A stretch of DNA of 62,745 nucleotides, the filler included, from Collodictyon triciliatum (lineage: Eukaryota), in NCBI GenBank assembly GCA_043381765.1. It is 10 parts of 10 records of this genome, joined end to end, with 100 filler letters (N's around TTAATTAATTAA, not from the genome) between each part and the next. Parts side by side here need not be neighbours in the genome. Positions count along the whole stretch, not along the records: positions 22,346 to 29,689 come from JBHJMP010003944.1; positions 29,790 to 37,132 come from JBHJMP010003945.1; positions 37,233 to 44,575 come from JBHJMP010003946.1; 7 more parts are not named here. One strand, 5' to 3'. The notes beneath the pieces were generated by a model that worked only from the letters and a program-made list of their open reading frames with translations, did no database searches and was not told where the DNA came from. This document shows positions 24,228 to 38,418 of the stretch, one piece after another. The translations under genes and the position numbers were made by a program. Position 1 is the stretch's first letter. Each line of letters begins with the position of its first letter.

Positions 24228-27200
24228 ATGGCACAGGTCCGCTCACCGGCTAATGGCTCGCTTGCTAGCTCGCAGGAAGGTATGAGCATAACACCACCAC
24301 AGGGCCCAAACAAGCGAGCTTCGTACGTCGTCGATGTGCAGAGCCCATCCTTTCACGCTTACATGCCCAACCTCACGCAAGGCTCTAAAGAGGATCAAGA
24401 GCAGCAACAGCCGTTGTTGGCACCAAAGCCCGTGACCCTTTCGGATGTCCCACGCGGCGTGCCATACATCCTTATGCAGGAGGTCTGCGAAAGGTACTTT
24501 CTTTACCAATCTACTACTCTCTATCCTAACCTGCATCTCGGTGGCATGGTGCTGAATCACCCCACTTGCCCATCCTGAGTCCATTTGCAGGCTTGCTATG
24601 TTTATCCCCCTTCCATATGATTTTGCCTGCCCCTCGCCGGTGGGATTCGCCTGTGACCACTCATTTATGGTCCTTCTCCTCACTTCCCATAGATACACCT
24701 TCTATGGCATACGCAGTATCCTCTACGTGTACATGAGTGACTACCATGGATTCAGCGAAGACACTGCCACATTCATCGTCCACCTATTCATAGCATATGC
24801 ATACTTGACTCCCTTGGTGAGTTATGCTCCATTTTTTTATTAATGCACTTCTCTTTTATATACTTCCGTTTGGTTTGTGCAAAATCGCGGAGGATTTATC
24901 AACACATATCTATATGGGTTTAATTTGCCCTAATATATGGTTCATATAAACTATTTTATACACTAAATAGCTATGACGAGGCATAATAACATATCACCGA
25001 ATTTTTTTTTGAATTTGACGAATTTTTCTTTCTATTATCCTTTATCCATCGGATGGCCTCAGTTCATACCACACTTTTTTTCTTAAAAGCCAATCAGACA
25101 TACTATGAACATTATCGCAGCAATATATGTATATAAAATTGTCTAAATTCGTGCAGTTTCCTCTAGATTGCTCCAAATACTCACTCTAAACACGATATTC
25201 TATTTACACTATCTTGTATTCGCACGCATCCAAAAATATTGGATAGTTTGGTGGATTTATATCTGATTCTTATCTGGGTAGGAGCTCACTTAATTTGACT
25301 GGATATGTTTACAAAAAAATGCGATTTTTCTCAGTATATTCAAATTAAAAAATGACATGTTGATTTAAATTGCTCTTTTACAAATATTAAAACCCTAAAT
25401 TAGCATAAACCAAAAGTTTTCAAGAGTCATTTCATTTGTAGTGTTTACAAATTTCACTTCCCAATAGGAAAATACAGAACCATATTATACTTTTCCTTTG
25501 TATACGCCGTGGGATCAATTGTACTCGCACTGACGGCAAATGCCGACATCACCGATGGTCCACAGTTTTGGGGATGTGCTTTGGGTCTTGTATTGGTTGG
25601 ATTTGGAACAGGAACCATAAAGCCATGCATCACAACTTTTGTCGGGGACCAGTTCACTGCAGAGCAGGTGTGCTAGAGATTAAGAGGGGGGTTGACGAAT
25701 TAAAAAAAAGAAAAGGAGGATAATGATTGTAATATGACAAGCACAAAATGGATTAATTTAAGAGTACACTTGATTCTATATTAATTTTTACATATTTAAC
25801 AATAATGTTTTAAAATCAAGTCCGATATGCTTCCATCCGCTTTTGCATGGCTTTACTTGTCCATTAATGTTGGCTCCTTGGTCGCCATGTTTGCCAGTCC
25901 AGTAATCCGTAAAGAACTTGGATTTGAGTACGCCTTCGGGGTACCGGCCTTTCTCCTCGTCGTTGCGATTATTGTATTTTATATGGGTCGAAAACACTAC
26001 CGAATGGTAAGTCGGTGCACATTGCTCAGGGATGTGAAGCTTTTTCAAAGTATTTTCCAAAATTATAGCAACAGAAGTTGATTGCAGATACGAGATTTTT
26101 CAATTGATCGATTTCCATACAGTAAAAAAAAAAAAACCTTTGAAAATTAGATGCCTCTTTCTGACAATATAATGGCGGCATTCTACAGAGTCATAAAGGT
26201 GTGATATATTTCTGGACCTTGTGTATAATCACCCACATTTATCTCAATATTCACTCTTGTAGATTATCTAAAAATAAAAATGAACCGGAGTAAATATTTA
26301 CACAAACAGGATTCCTTGAAAAGCCGCCTCAAAAGAGGCGTTCTCAACCCTCAACCTGCCTTGGAGCATTGGATGGACTCAGCCAAAGAATATCACAGTC
26401 CACGCTTAGTAGAGGAATGCAAAACGATGATGACACTTTTGAAGCTTTTTTTGTAAGCCAAATCTAGAGAGCATGTCCATTCTTATTTTCTGCTGTCCAT
26501 ATAAATTACCTTCTCAGGTGCTGAAGTATTTGATTTGCTAATTATATATAAGGCCATTACCAGTCTTCTGGATGCTTTATGACCAGGTTACTACGCGTTG
26601 GACAATCCAAGCCGAAAAAATGGATCGATTCGTGGGGTCATATGAAATCCCTGAAGACCAAATGTAATCCACCATTCATTTATATTCAATATTTGAGTAA
26701 ATGTCATCAACATGTAAAAGAGCATGTGTTATCGCAATCCATAAATTTCCATAGACAAGTAACCGGACCTGTTATGCTTATGTTTATTATTCCGTTCTTT
26801 GACCGAGTCGTTTATCCTACTCTCGATAAATATGGTGTAAGTCGAAGAATCTACAGTTATATTTTCCATTCCCGTTTCATATGTTTAGTCGTAGAAATGT
26901 AATGAGCAAGTGTTGAAATAATCTGCCTAATCATTTACATTTTTTTCGTTATTAGATTCGAATTGCACCATTAAAGGTTAGTCATACCGATACATAGGAT
27001 AATAAAGCATTTTAAATGATGTATTTATACGTAGAGTCGATTTGCTTGAAGTTTCTTGTGAGAAGGCATAGGCAAGAAACCGATAAAAGAGTTGTTGATT
27101 TCATAGTAACTTTTCATTAGCGAATCACTATTGGTATGATGCTCAGCGCCATAACCTTCGTGGTGGCTGGTCTTGTACAGCTGGTGATTGATTCTCAAGG

Positions 27201-28019
27201 AGAGGGAGAATTATCTGTTTGGTGGCAAGTAATAGAAAAAAAGAAAGATCAGTTATGCAATTCAAAAGAAGCTAAAACACTCCCAGCAAAAAACATACAA
27301 TAAAATTCAAAATATTCACGGTACCCATGATAATTGAATGAGAATATTTGATAAATTTATCTTGTGAAGTAAGCATAAGAGACTCACATATTTCATCTAT
27401 TTCAATACTAGATTCCACAATATTTCCTCCTGAGTTGTTCAGAAACCATCGTAATACAATTTATAGACACACATACACGATACACATTTGTCCCCATGAA
27501 ATCATACTGGGCCAATGATTAGTGTCTGAAAAGAGTCTGTGCTCGTGGTGCAACTTGTTTGGAGGAAAGTGTAACGGTGCAAATATTCTTAGTACTCTGT
27601 CACGGGACTGGATTTTGCATATTCTATGGCACCCCCCAGCATGAAATCTATAGTAATGGCATCCTGGCAGCTGACTGTTGCTGTAGGAAACATCGCTGTT
27701 GCTATCATAGCCGAATCCTCTCTGTTTGATGCTGTAAGTCTTCCAAGCAAATTGAGCATCGTAATTTTTTTTTTTTTTGCATCCTATTTTTTTTTTCCTC
27801 TCGCAAACACGGCCTCCCTTCCTCGTGCGCACGCAAAATAACCCACACGACACAAAAAATCGACAGGCCCCCGAGTTTTTCTTCTTTGCCGCTGTGATGG
27901 GCTTCTTCTCGACCTTTTTTTACTTCCTGTCCTCCGGATTCCACACGACAGCCTTACCGGAATCCAACACACCACACTTCGGCAGCACAGACAGCCAGCG
28001 CCCTGTGAGCGCCCTGTGA
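24228..28019 (+). CDS. Proton-dependent oligopeptide transporter (POT/PTR, SLC15 family), multi-exon
   Basis: EVCER|YTFYG (ExxERFxYYG motif), GGFISDSYLG|KYRTI, GTGTIKPCITTFVGDQF, YLSINVGSL, PVFWMLYDQ, GLDFAYSMAPPSMKS. Confidence 0.93.
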
Positions 28020-28514
28020 GCGCCCTTCGCTTCGGTCGCAGAAGCCGCCAAAGGATGCCTCTTTCGCCCTCCACATTTGCCGCAGCGCAACCGTCCTCCC
28101 TTTTTGGGCCGACCAAGCAGCTCTGCACAGAATAAATCTCGCGCAGAATGAACCTGGCGATCACTGGCGGTCGTTGGCAGGCGGGCTGAGCGAAGGGCGA
28201 GTCTGCCTGTCTCTTCTAACCGCACAGAACACCGCACAATCAGGTCTCCACAGCCCGGTCCAGAGGAATGTCCAACACACAAGCTGCAGAGTTTCTACGC
28301 GAGCGGATGCGTGCCGAGCAAAAGTACGAGTCTGATCTGATCTCTGCTTAAACATGCTTCGAACAAGAAGAAGAAAAAGGCATCCCTGCTGCCCTCACGT
28401 GTTGATGGAGCGGGACCATTGGAATGGGCTCGGCTTTATGTCCGCACCAGGTCCTTTTCGAGTCAACTCACCACACCTGATTTTCTTCCTCTTTTTCTTC
28501 TGACAGGGCGTCGC

Positions 28515-29515
28515 TCAGTCACACAGGAACCGTCCGGGTTGGTGATCTCCCAAGAAACATTTCCCCTCCTTATCACTTTTTAAAGCTGTTTCCATATATG
28601 CGCTAAATAAAAATAAAAATAAAAATAAAAATAAAAATAAAAATAAAAATAAAAATAAAAATAAAAATAAAAATAAAAATAAAAATAAAAACAAAACAAG
28701 ATTGAACAAGCATGAATAAGGAAAAATTAAAAAACAGCAACACGATGAATCAAAAACAAAATGAACCAATATATTATATAAAGAAGCGAAAAATGAAAAA
28801 AACTTCAAAAATCCTGTTGCTGCCCAAAAATTACCCATTACCTTCTCATGTAACAACTAATTGCGCAGAGACTGAATCCCATCACTGGGCGCACTGAAGT
28901 CATTGTCTACGATGTAAGTGATGGTTTGCTACCGTACATATCAGATATAACAACAAAACAAAAAAGCCTGGAGTATAATGCTGACTTGTATGTTGTCCTC
29001 CCAATTTTGCAACTATCGCTTGTATAGACCCCAATCGAGTACAAAATAGATGAAAAGCCGCCACAGGTGACCGTTTCATACTTGCAGTATCTTTCAAGTA
29101 CATGCATTACCCCCACACAGACGGTATTCTCTTCACTTGATTTCACGCATATTCACGATACTGAGACACAACTATATATACCGCCTATTTTATATCACAG
29201 AGACCAGTCTCAACGAAGACATTTACCAAGGAGCAAGTATCGGAGTACGTGGCAAATGCAGACCCCCGCGACTTAATATCAGTAACAACTAACCACATCA
29301 TCAACATCATCATCGGATGTAGAATCAATCGGCAAATGATATGCATATAATCGCATGAAATCAGCCTGAGCCAAGTTCCGCACTTAATTTCTTTCTTTCA
29401 TATGGAAATCCAAACGGACATCTTTATTGTCTAAACTTTATGGAAAATTAGTTACATCTGAATGGCAACATATTTCCTGGAGCGAATGTAATGCATCCAC
29501 CAAAGATGACAACAA
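28515..29515 (-). CDS. Hypothetical spliced gene, 3' fragment
   Basis: Short open exon candidates flanked by AG/GT (LLSSLVDALHSLQEICCHSD; ADFMRLYAYHLPIDSTSDDDVDDV; AYMETALKSDKEGKCF). No family recognised and not all phases resolved. Confidence 0.3.
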
Positions 29516-29596
29516 CTGCGCGTATTGAGCACGGTTTGAAACGAATTGATTCATATTGCTTTGGGTTAATCGCCTTTATTTTCTTTTTCCTTTTTT

Positions 29597-29680
<84 letters not shown>

Positions 29681-30938
29681 TTTTAATTTNNNNNNNNNNN
29701 NNNNNNNNNNNNNNNNNNNNNNNNNNNNNNNNNTTAATTAATTAANNNNNNNNNNNNNNNNNNNNNNNNNNNNNNNNNNNNNNNNNNNNTTTTTGTTTTT
29801 TGTTTTTTGTTTTTTGTTTTTTGTTTTTTGTTTTTTGTTTTTTGTTTTTTGTTTTTTGTTTTTTTGTTTTTTTTGTTATTTGTTTTGATTGCGGGCTGGC
29901 AAAAAGCTTCTTTTGAATAGAAAGTCCGTTGCCGTTCATTATTTCTGGAAATTATCATATAAGCATATCTATCAATCTAAGAAAATCCATAATATGTATT
30001 CCTCATAGATTTCAAACACCAATATCTGCTACCAATCTATTATGCAAGTTTTTTTTTCCTTTGTTCGATTCAACCATCTATTATGCGAGTTAATCATGCC
30101 ACCGCCTGAATTAATGCCCAGCTATAGAATTGTGCCGTTGTCTGCAGAGCATTCGGTTCCAGATTTGCACAGCCTATTTGCACCACATTTCCGGAAGCGA
30201 AGCAACAGAAGATTCAAAGAAACGCGACAAAAGAGCACCCAATCATCAATCAATCAGAAATCGCTTTTTCTTGATTGCTTCGCCTGCCGCTCGCACAACA
30301 AACAAAGGTCGAAAATCTTTGAGGCAGAAGGCAAAAAGATGAAAGAACGATGACCACGCGAAGCAGAGGCAGAAAGACAGAGAGAATCTCTTCAACGTCG
30401 CTACCTGTCTTTTCTTTTCTTTTCTTGTCTTTTCTTTTCTTTTCTTTTCTTTTCTCTTCTTTTCTTTTCTTTTCTCTTCTTTTCTTTTCTTTTCGTTTCT
30501 CGTTCTTCTTTTGTCCCGATCGTTTGTTTGCCAGGAGTTCTCTGCTGATTTATGGCTGCCCTGTTATGCGACTGCCAGGGTTTCCTTCCTGCTCGTGTAA
30601 AAATACCTCTTTGTTCTTTCGCTTATGCTCAGTGTTTGTAATATTCTGAGTTCAGTACGTAAGAGCCTCCTTTTCTTTCTTTTGTCGCATTCTTTCAGCG
30701 GCGTGAATATTTCTCTTCATCGTTGATAAGCACCGGACGAAGAGTCTTTGCAAACAAAACTTTGCACACGGTGCAAATCAAACGAAGCCTGACCCACATA
30801 TATATGTCACCACGATCAAGCCACCCGCGAGGAAACTCGTCCCGCTTTTTCTGAAAGGGCAGGAAAACAAACAAGCCGCTTTTGACTTTGTCCTTGTGTG
30901 ACTTATCTATTCTGATTTTTGTCCATAGCTTGGGTCGA

Positions 30939-31780
30939 ATGTCGGCTTCCTCTGCGAATGCTGCTGCTTTGCAGAACACCCGCATCAGCCTTGGCGAGTC
31001 GACCGAAGAGCATTCCAACATGGGTTTGTGGAGTCATTAGACATAGCTGTTCTTAAGCAACACCGATTATTATTCTACTTTCACTGTCCCGTTCAACCAT
31101 AATCGTGATTCCTTTCCCTCCAAAATACAAGAAAATAGAAGAAAACACAAGAAAAGACATCCCCAATTTACAGTTTTCTTGACATAAATGCTGTCGGATA
31201 TGATAATATATACGTTTGCTCTTTCTTCACATGTAAAGATTCCTCTAGGGGACGCTTTTTACAACTTGACAAAATAACACTTGCATTTTGCAATTTAGAA
31301 AAAGATTATCCAAGCTTTATTCCGAGATATCGACGCAGTGCTGATTCATACGGAAAAATTGTAAAATCGCATGTAATCGCAAAGCCCACTGGTATCTTTG
31401 CAGAGTCTCGGTACCAGGAGGAGTCTGAGCTTTTTGCATGGTTTCAAGACCCTGAGAAAGTGACATTGTGGCGAGTAAAAGACAGGGTGGATTTTCAGAT
31501 GCTAAATCTTTGCTTTAGTATGGCAGCATGTACTCACACGACCTTGTTATCAATCTTCTAAATTATTTGCACATATATCCAATTGATTCACTCCTTGCTT
31601 TTCATCTTCTTCAAAAACCCTAGATGAAAACAGTCAGTGTGGCACTCGTTATTTGCCTCAATATCGGGGTCGACCCACCAGATATTCTTAAAATTCCACC
31701 ACATGCGAAACTTCAGTGTTGGATAGGTATCTTATTAAAGTTATTCAGCAAACCTAATGAATCTCAACCTACTGCTAATT

Positions 31781-31864
<84 letters not shown>

Positions 31865-34800
31865 TTACCAACGTTTATTTTGATACGCACAATTCGCTCC
31901 TATGATAGCATGAACAAATTAATTGCTGTGTTAGAATGATATGTTTTTTCTCTTGAAAATTTCTATTCGTACTGGATATACTTCTGTCGTAATATTATTT
32001 ATCTTACTATAGATCCGACTGAACAGACACCATCCAAAGCCTTGGAGAATATTGGAAAAAACTTACAGGCACAATATGAAGTTTGGCAGGCCAAGGTACC
32101 TACCAATCACCTTTCTCATCACAATTTCATCAAATATTTGCCACATTTTTAAGAAGTATTGATTTCCAACTGATGTGTGCATACTGACATCATTTTTTGT
32201 ATCGCCACTCAATATGCCAGTTACTTCGCCCACTAAAGACCATATTTTTACGGGATTATATGCAGTAACTTTTATGATGACTTCTATGCAGGCCAGATTT
32301 AAACAATGCCTGGACCCAACCGCTGAGGACGTCAAGAAATTGTGTGTTTCTCTGAGAAAATCCTCAAAGGATGAGCGTGTGCTGTTCCATTATAACGGAC
32401 ATGGAGTTCCTAAACCCACACAAAACGGAGAAATTTGGGTGTTCAACAAGGTATTATGATTTTACATGATTTTTCTGTTTCTATATATACCCACACACCA
32501 TTCAAAGAGGATCTGTAAACAAATTTAATATAACAGTACCACAAATCCAACATCCTCATCATTTTGCACAAAATTGAATAGAAAATAAAAAATTATACCA
32601 GTGCCATTTATGCACCGGAATAGTTCTATTTTTGTTTCTTTATTAACAATACACAATTATGAATAGGAATACACACAATATATTCCCCTGTCTATTTACG
32701 AACTCCAAAATTGGATGGCGTCTCCATCGATGTATGTATTTGATTGTTCTAATGCTGGACTCATACTCCAGACATATATGCAGTTTGCAGACCAGAGAGA
32801 TAAGGACAATGATGTAAGTTGGAACTTTTCTCTTCAAAACGAATATCTCAACTTTTTTTTGGTTCCTAATTGATTGCATTATCGCTCAAAATAGTTTATA
32901 CATCTATAAAAGTTTGTCACAGTTTATGTCCCTATTCCTTCAATTCAGAGAAAGATGTCTGTTGGGTCTTCATACACATCAGCATCTGATGCGCCAATCG
33001 ATGTTCGTGATGTCATTATCCTCGCTGCATGCGGCGCGAATGAAATTCTCCCCTTAAACCCAGATATTCCTGCTGATCTTTTCACCTCATGCCTGACTAC
33101 ACCAATTCAAATCGCAATCAAATGGTATCATTTCTGCAAATAATCATCCACACATCAATTTTCATTACCCACATGAGACCATACTATGGATACCCCTTTT
33201 ATATTTATTTCAGTATTTGGAAGACCCTTCCTTTGAATAATTTTGGTAAATCCTAGCGCCCAGCTAGGACATAATGCTAATTTTCTTTTGAATTGGTGAT
33301 CAGGTTTGCGCAGCGGTCTCATTTAATCAGAATATCCGGTGACTTGGCCGAAAAGATACCTGGTCGGCTTATTGACCGACGAACACCTCTCGGGGAATTA
33401 AATTGGATATTTACAGCTGTGACAGATACAATTGCATGGAATGTTTTGTCACAAGGTATGTATGAATTAACTGAGCATGCACTCACACCCACCTATCACT
33501 CCATCTCTTTCTTAGATGTATATCTAATCATCAATCTGGTGCACCATTTGATTTGACTTCATTCCTGTATTAATCGGTGCATACATTCTAATGTGTCTAA
33601 GCATTCCCCATTAACGCTCTTTACTTTTTTTTTTCTTTATCGGCGAAAAAAAAAAAAAAAAGAACTATTCCAAAAACTTTTCCGCCAAGATATGCTGGTT
33701 GCATCACTTCTTCGCAACTACCTATTATCTGAGAGAATTATGCGCAGCTATAGTTGCAACCCTGTTTGTTACCCTAAAATCCCCTCGACATACAACCATA
33801 CTCTTTGGTATGCATCTCAATAAATATCTTTGTCTCGAATTACCATTTTTAACCTGTTGTAACATTTTTAACCTCTTGAATATACTCTTGTTCCTATGTT
33901 GCAATTTGAAAATAATATTCTTCATGTTCAAAAAGCAGTGGACTGAAAGACAACTTCAAGTCCATTGTACTTTCATTCCTTACCTAATATGCAATTAATC
34001 TGTGCAGGGACGCTTGGGAAATGTCTCTGGAGGGCTATTTGGCCCAAATGCCGGCCTTTGAAAAAGACCCAAACTATGTCTTTCAAGTTTGTAATATCTC
34101 GTAGGCTCAGTTCCTGGGTTTCTCATTCTCTTATGACCCATCTGGCTCTTTCATTTTATTCATATATTAAAGTTGAAGCAGCTTCTTTTGTGACTATAAA
34201 CTTTGTTAAATATACCTTTTCTTATTTGTTTACAGTCTAGCTCTTTCTTCGCTGACCAGCTCACTGCATTCGAAATGTGGCTGGAATTGGCCACTGAAAC
34301 GAAAGGGAAACCCGAACAACTTCCCATCGTACTTCAAGTCTTACTGAGCCAATCGCATCGTTTACGTGCTTTGAATCTATTAGCGAGGTTCTTGGATCTG
34401 GGCCCCTGGGCAGTGAATATGGTGTTTATTTGTTCAAACACCATTTCGTTTGTACTCTTTCTCGCTCCTCACTTGGACTCCTCCTATATGGTCACTACAG
34501 ACGCGTTCCATGCTTCTTTTATATATATATATATACTGATGTTTGATTAATGTGATAAACAGGGGCTTTCTGTTGGGATTTTTCCATATGTTTTGAAACT
34601 ACTGCAGAGCCCGGCGATCGAACTCCGTGAGACACTTGTTTTTATTTGGGCGAAGCTACTATCTGTCGATCAGGTATACTCCAGGCAGTGAGCATGATAT
34701 AGTTGTCTTATATTCTCTGGTATTCATGCCACTTCTACGATTTGTTATACATTACGTACGTTACGAAAATGATTCTAACAGAAGTACCTCGTTCTATTCT

Positions 34801-36980
34801 CTCTCAGACATGTCAAATTGATTTGGTAAAAGAGAATAGCCACGTATACTTTATCAACATCTTAGCAAGCTCAGATGCCCCAGTGGAACAAAGAGTTACA
34901 TCTGCCTATGTCATTTCCCTCATACTGTACAAAAATCCGTTCGGACAGGTTCTTGATTTTTGTGATTTATTTGAATAGTATTCCTTCCAAGACATCAACG
35001 ATGAGAATCTGTTTATATGGAGCAAATATAATTTCTTTAAATGCGTCAAAATCTTTTCTTTTTTTCTATACAACCTGAAAGATTTATTATGATTTTTTTT
35101 TTTATACTCCCACAGAACCAATGTCTTCAATCAAATCTACTGCACATTTGTATTGGTCTTTTGACAGACTCCAGTTACCTAATCAGATTATGGAGTTGCT
35201 TATGTTTGGGTAATTTATGGAGTGAGTATGAAGATGCTAAAACATCAGCAATTAAAGAGAACACACATGAAAAAGTACTACAGCTTCTATCAGACCCGTC
35301 GCATGAGGCAAGTTCATACGTCCATTTTTCTCGATATAATCAATAATCAGTTATGCACATCAAATAAACCCTACCAGATTGAATCCGTCTATCATAAATA
35401 CCTATTCAACAATACTTTTTCTGATCGATCTGGCCACCATCACTGACTAGGTTCGCGCGGCTGCAATTTATGCTCTCGGCTTATTTATTGGAAAATTTGA
35501 CTCAAACAACGAAAGTCGCATGAATATCGAGCACAGCATAGGACTATCAATACTTATATCGGCATCAGACCTAAGCAGCCTGGTTCGTCAGGAGCAGGTG
35601 CAATATTCGCTCGATTTATTTATTTCCGCTTTGCTTCTCACCAAACTGCCACATTAAATCTCGAATTCAAAGCTTTGAACCGAAAAAAGAAAAAGAAAAA
35701 AGAATCAAATTTCAATATACAGAAATCTTGTGATATCATCGAAGGCATATAAATATATTACTTATGGTTTTGATTTGTCATTATGTATATTTGTTGTGCT
35801 TATCCATAGTTTCCATACCTCTTTCTCCTCACATTCCATTCACCTCTTTAAATTTATATAATTCACTTTAGGTTCTGGCGCTCTACAAAATAGTAAATTC
35901 GTATCGCAACAACTTCAGAGATACAGCAATAGTTTCTGCTGCTATCGAGTTAAGAAAGAAATCATCTGAAGCAAACGAGACATTGGATTTGGGTCATGAG
36001 GTGATCGACATTCTGAGCCTATGATTGCTTCTTCCTCTTTTTTTTTTATTTTTATTATTATTAAATCGACTTTGTTTGGTGTTTATCACGTTCTCTGAAT
36101 TCACGAATAATACGTAGTAAATTAATGTACGTGATGTGCTGATACTTTATTTTGATTAGGTGGAGTTGGCCATTGAAGAGTGCTTAAAGCAAACTGGAGG
36201 AACAACTTATGAAATCATCTGGGATGTAATTATTCAACTTTCATCGGACCCTATTCCGCAAATTGCCAACTATGCACTACAAATTATTCATCAGGTATTT
36301 TAGTTTATTCTTTGATATACTTCAAAACTTGCACAATTTTTTCCCTTTCTTAAGATTATGGTATTTCTCATTTCTTTTTCCTGCCTTTCTTTTTTGTGTA
36401 GCTCTTTTTGTTTTTAGTATGTTAAGTACTTTCTTTTAATGGAGCATGAACAATCATATATATATCTATCCAAGGTACGATCTTCTTTCCACGTCAAATT
36501 GCCCCTCGAAAGAATCCCTCTCCCGTTTGTACAAACGCACAAAACTGCAAGAAAATCAGCCACTCTTTCGTCGAGAACAAACACCCGAAACGGGTCGCCT
36601 CAAAGAGCAACAGTGACCCCGGCATCGCCTGCCGCTCTGAAGCGAATTCAATCAAGCACTGGGATGTCTGGAACTCGACCAATAGAATTTGTAAGGACGC
36701 AGTCTTGCGAGATAATTTGATTCTATCCAGTTATATGCTGCGAATTTTGATGGATTTTCTTTATTCCTTTGTTCTAAAAAATTTCCAAAATTTGTGTGAA
36801 TTCACAGGAATCTAGTGATGAGCGGTTGAAAAGGACAATGTCATCGGGCGGATTTGTCATTTTGGATAGCCATGATCAAATGAATATGATCACTGACTAC
36901 TCGTCTGATGAATTTGAGCTTGGAAATTATTCCAACTTCTTTGAGTGGACTTGCAAGCGATTCAACATTTCGAAACAAGC
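30939..36980 (+). CDS. RPTOR: Raptor/KOG1 (TORC1 subunit): RNC domain and HEAT repeats; WD40 C-terminus lost at contig end
   Basis: [132 protein letters not shown]. Confidence 0.97.
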
Positions 36981-37232
36981 GTAACATATTCATTCTGATG
37001 AAAATTTAGAGATTTGTTTGTTTGTTTGTTTGTTTGTTTGTTTGTTTGTTTGTTTGTTTGTTTGTTTGTTTGTTTGTTTGTTTGTTTGTTTGTTTGTTTG
37101 TTTGTTTGTTTGTTTGTTTGTTTGTTTGTTTGNNNNNNNNNNNNNNNNNNNNNNNNNNNNNNNNNNNNNNNNNNNNTTAATTAATTAANNNNNNNNNNNN
37201 NNNNNNNNNNNNNNNNNNNNNNNNNNNNNNNN

Positions 37233-37260
37233 TATCATTATCATTATTATCATTATTATC

Positions 37261-37292
<32 letters not shown>

Positions 37293-37434
37293 CATTATCA
37301 TTATCATTATCATTATCATTATCATTATCATTATCATTATCATTATCATTATCATTATCATCATTATCATTATCATTATCATTATCATTATCATTATCAT
37401 TATCATTATCATTATCATTATCATTATCATTATC

Positions 37435-37466
<32 letters not shown>

Positions 37467-37470
37467 CATT
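37233..37470 (+). repeat. (TCATTA)n microsatellite at a contig start; one of many SSRs, e.g. (GAAAAA)n about 30-130, (TAA)n 7449-7537 and 13823-13918, (CAAAAA)n 8217-8357, (ACACA)n 10059-10166, (ATT)n/(GTTT)n 19554-19746, (AAAAAAGAAG)n 41551-41660, (CAAA)n 62625-62745
   Basis: Directly visible perfect tandem repeats, mostly in introns and at contig or gap edges. Confidence 0.95.
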
Positions 37471-37775
37471 AGTAGACTGGTGCCATTTTAGAGTTTTTAT
37501 GTTAGATTTCAATCTAATTTACATGTCAGGTTGTTTAAATATTACAAAGCTAGTTTAAAAAGCAATTTTTTCATCGCAGAAACTCATTACGATTCAAGCA
37601 TTTGTACAGATACGCTGGAAACCCAATAATAGATAAACAGCTGAGGTTTTTCTCATATATAAAGAAATAGGAAAAGATCAATCTAAATGATTTTGCTCCT
37701 TTTTTCCATTACATTTATGACCTTCTACAATCAAGGAGTTTATTTTTTTCAAAAAATATTTCCCCTTGTAATTAG

Positions 37776-38418
37776 GCAGCTTGATTCATCTATTCATATT
37801 TTCGGACACACACATATCCCGTGCGACAAAACCATTGATGGGGTGCGTTATTTGAGCCTTCCTTATGCATACCCAGAGGAACGTAAGCGAATGCAAAGGT
37901 CTAGAAGGATTGCATACCATGATTTTAATTGATATAGTGATATAGTCCCAAATAATTTTTTCCCTTTATTCGATTCAAAATAGTTCCAAATAGTAAATGA
38001 ATAAATAATATCATGAAAAGACGTATCGCTCCTCAAATCAATTACTCATATTATGTTGATATCTTTCTAACTTTAAGTGCATCTATTGGATGATATTTGC
38101 AGGTTTGGAGTTTATTCGTCCATCAATGCTGGATCAGCAACTATGATTGGTTACAGACCGCAGTCCATAGAAGCTACTGAGCCAGAGGAATCTGATGCTG
38201 ATGAAATGCATCAATATAAATACCCTCCAATATTACCCAAATTGATCTGGGAGCCACCGAATAGTGAGGAAGTATGTCTCGAAATATTCACCAGAAATAC
38301 CTGGTTGTCTCATTAGACTAAACCAAATATATTTGCAAATTTTATTGCAATTTAGAAAGTTCACAAATTTTATGCGACATACAACGTTCCTAGGATCGGT
38401 GGGACGAGTTTGATATAG
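37776..38418 (+). CDS. Calcineurin-like metallophosphoesterase, C-terminal fragment
   Basis: SIHIFGHTHIPCDKTIDGVRYLSLPYAYPEER contains the GHxH metal-binding motif and the DGxRY...YPxER tail. The last exon boundary is uncertain. Confidence 0.7.

Noticed and set aside
31727-32012. Raptor intron starting GTATCTT as a possible U12-type intron
   Set aside because: It deviates from RTATCCTT, and there is no convincing CCTTAAC branch point near the acceptor.
37233-37470. (TAATGA)n at a contig end as a possible telomere
   Set aside because: It is not G-rich, different SSRs end the other contigs, and it lies upstream of an internal exon, so it is probably intronic.
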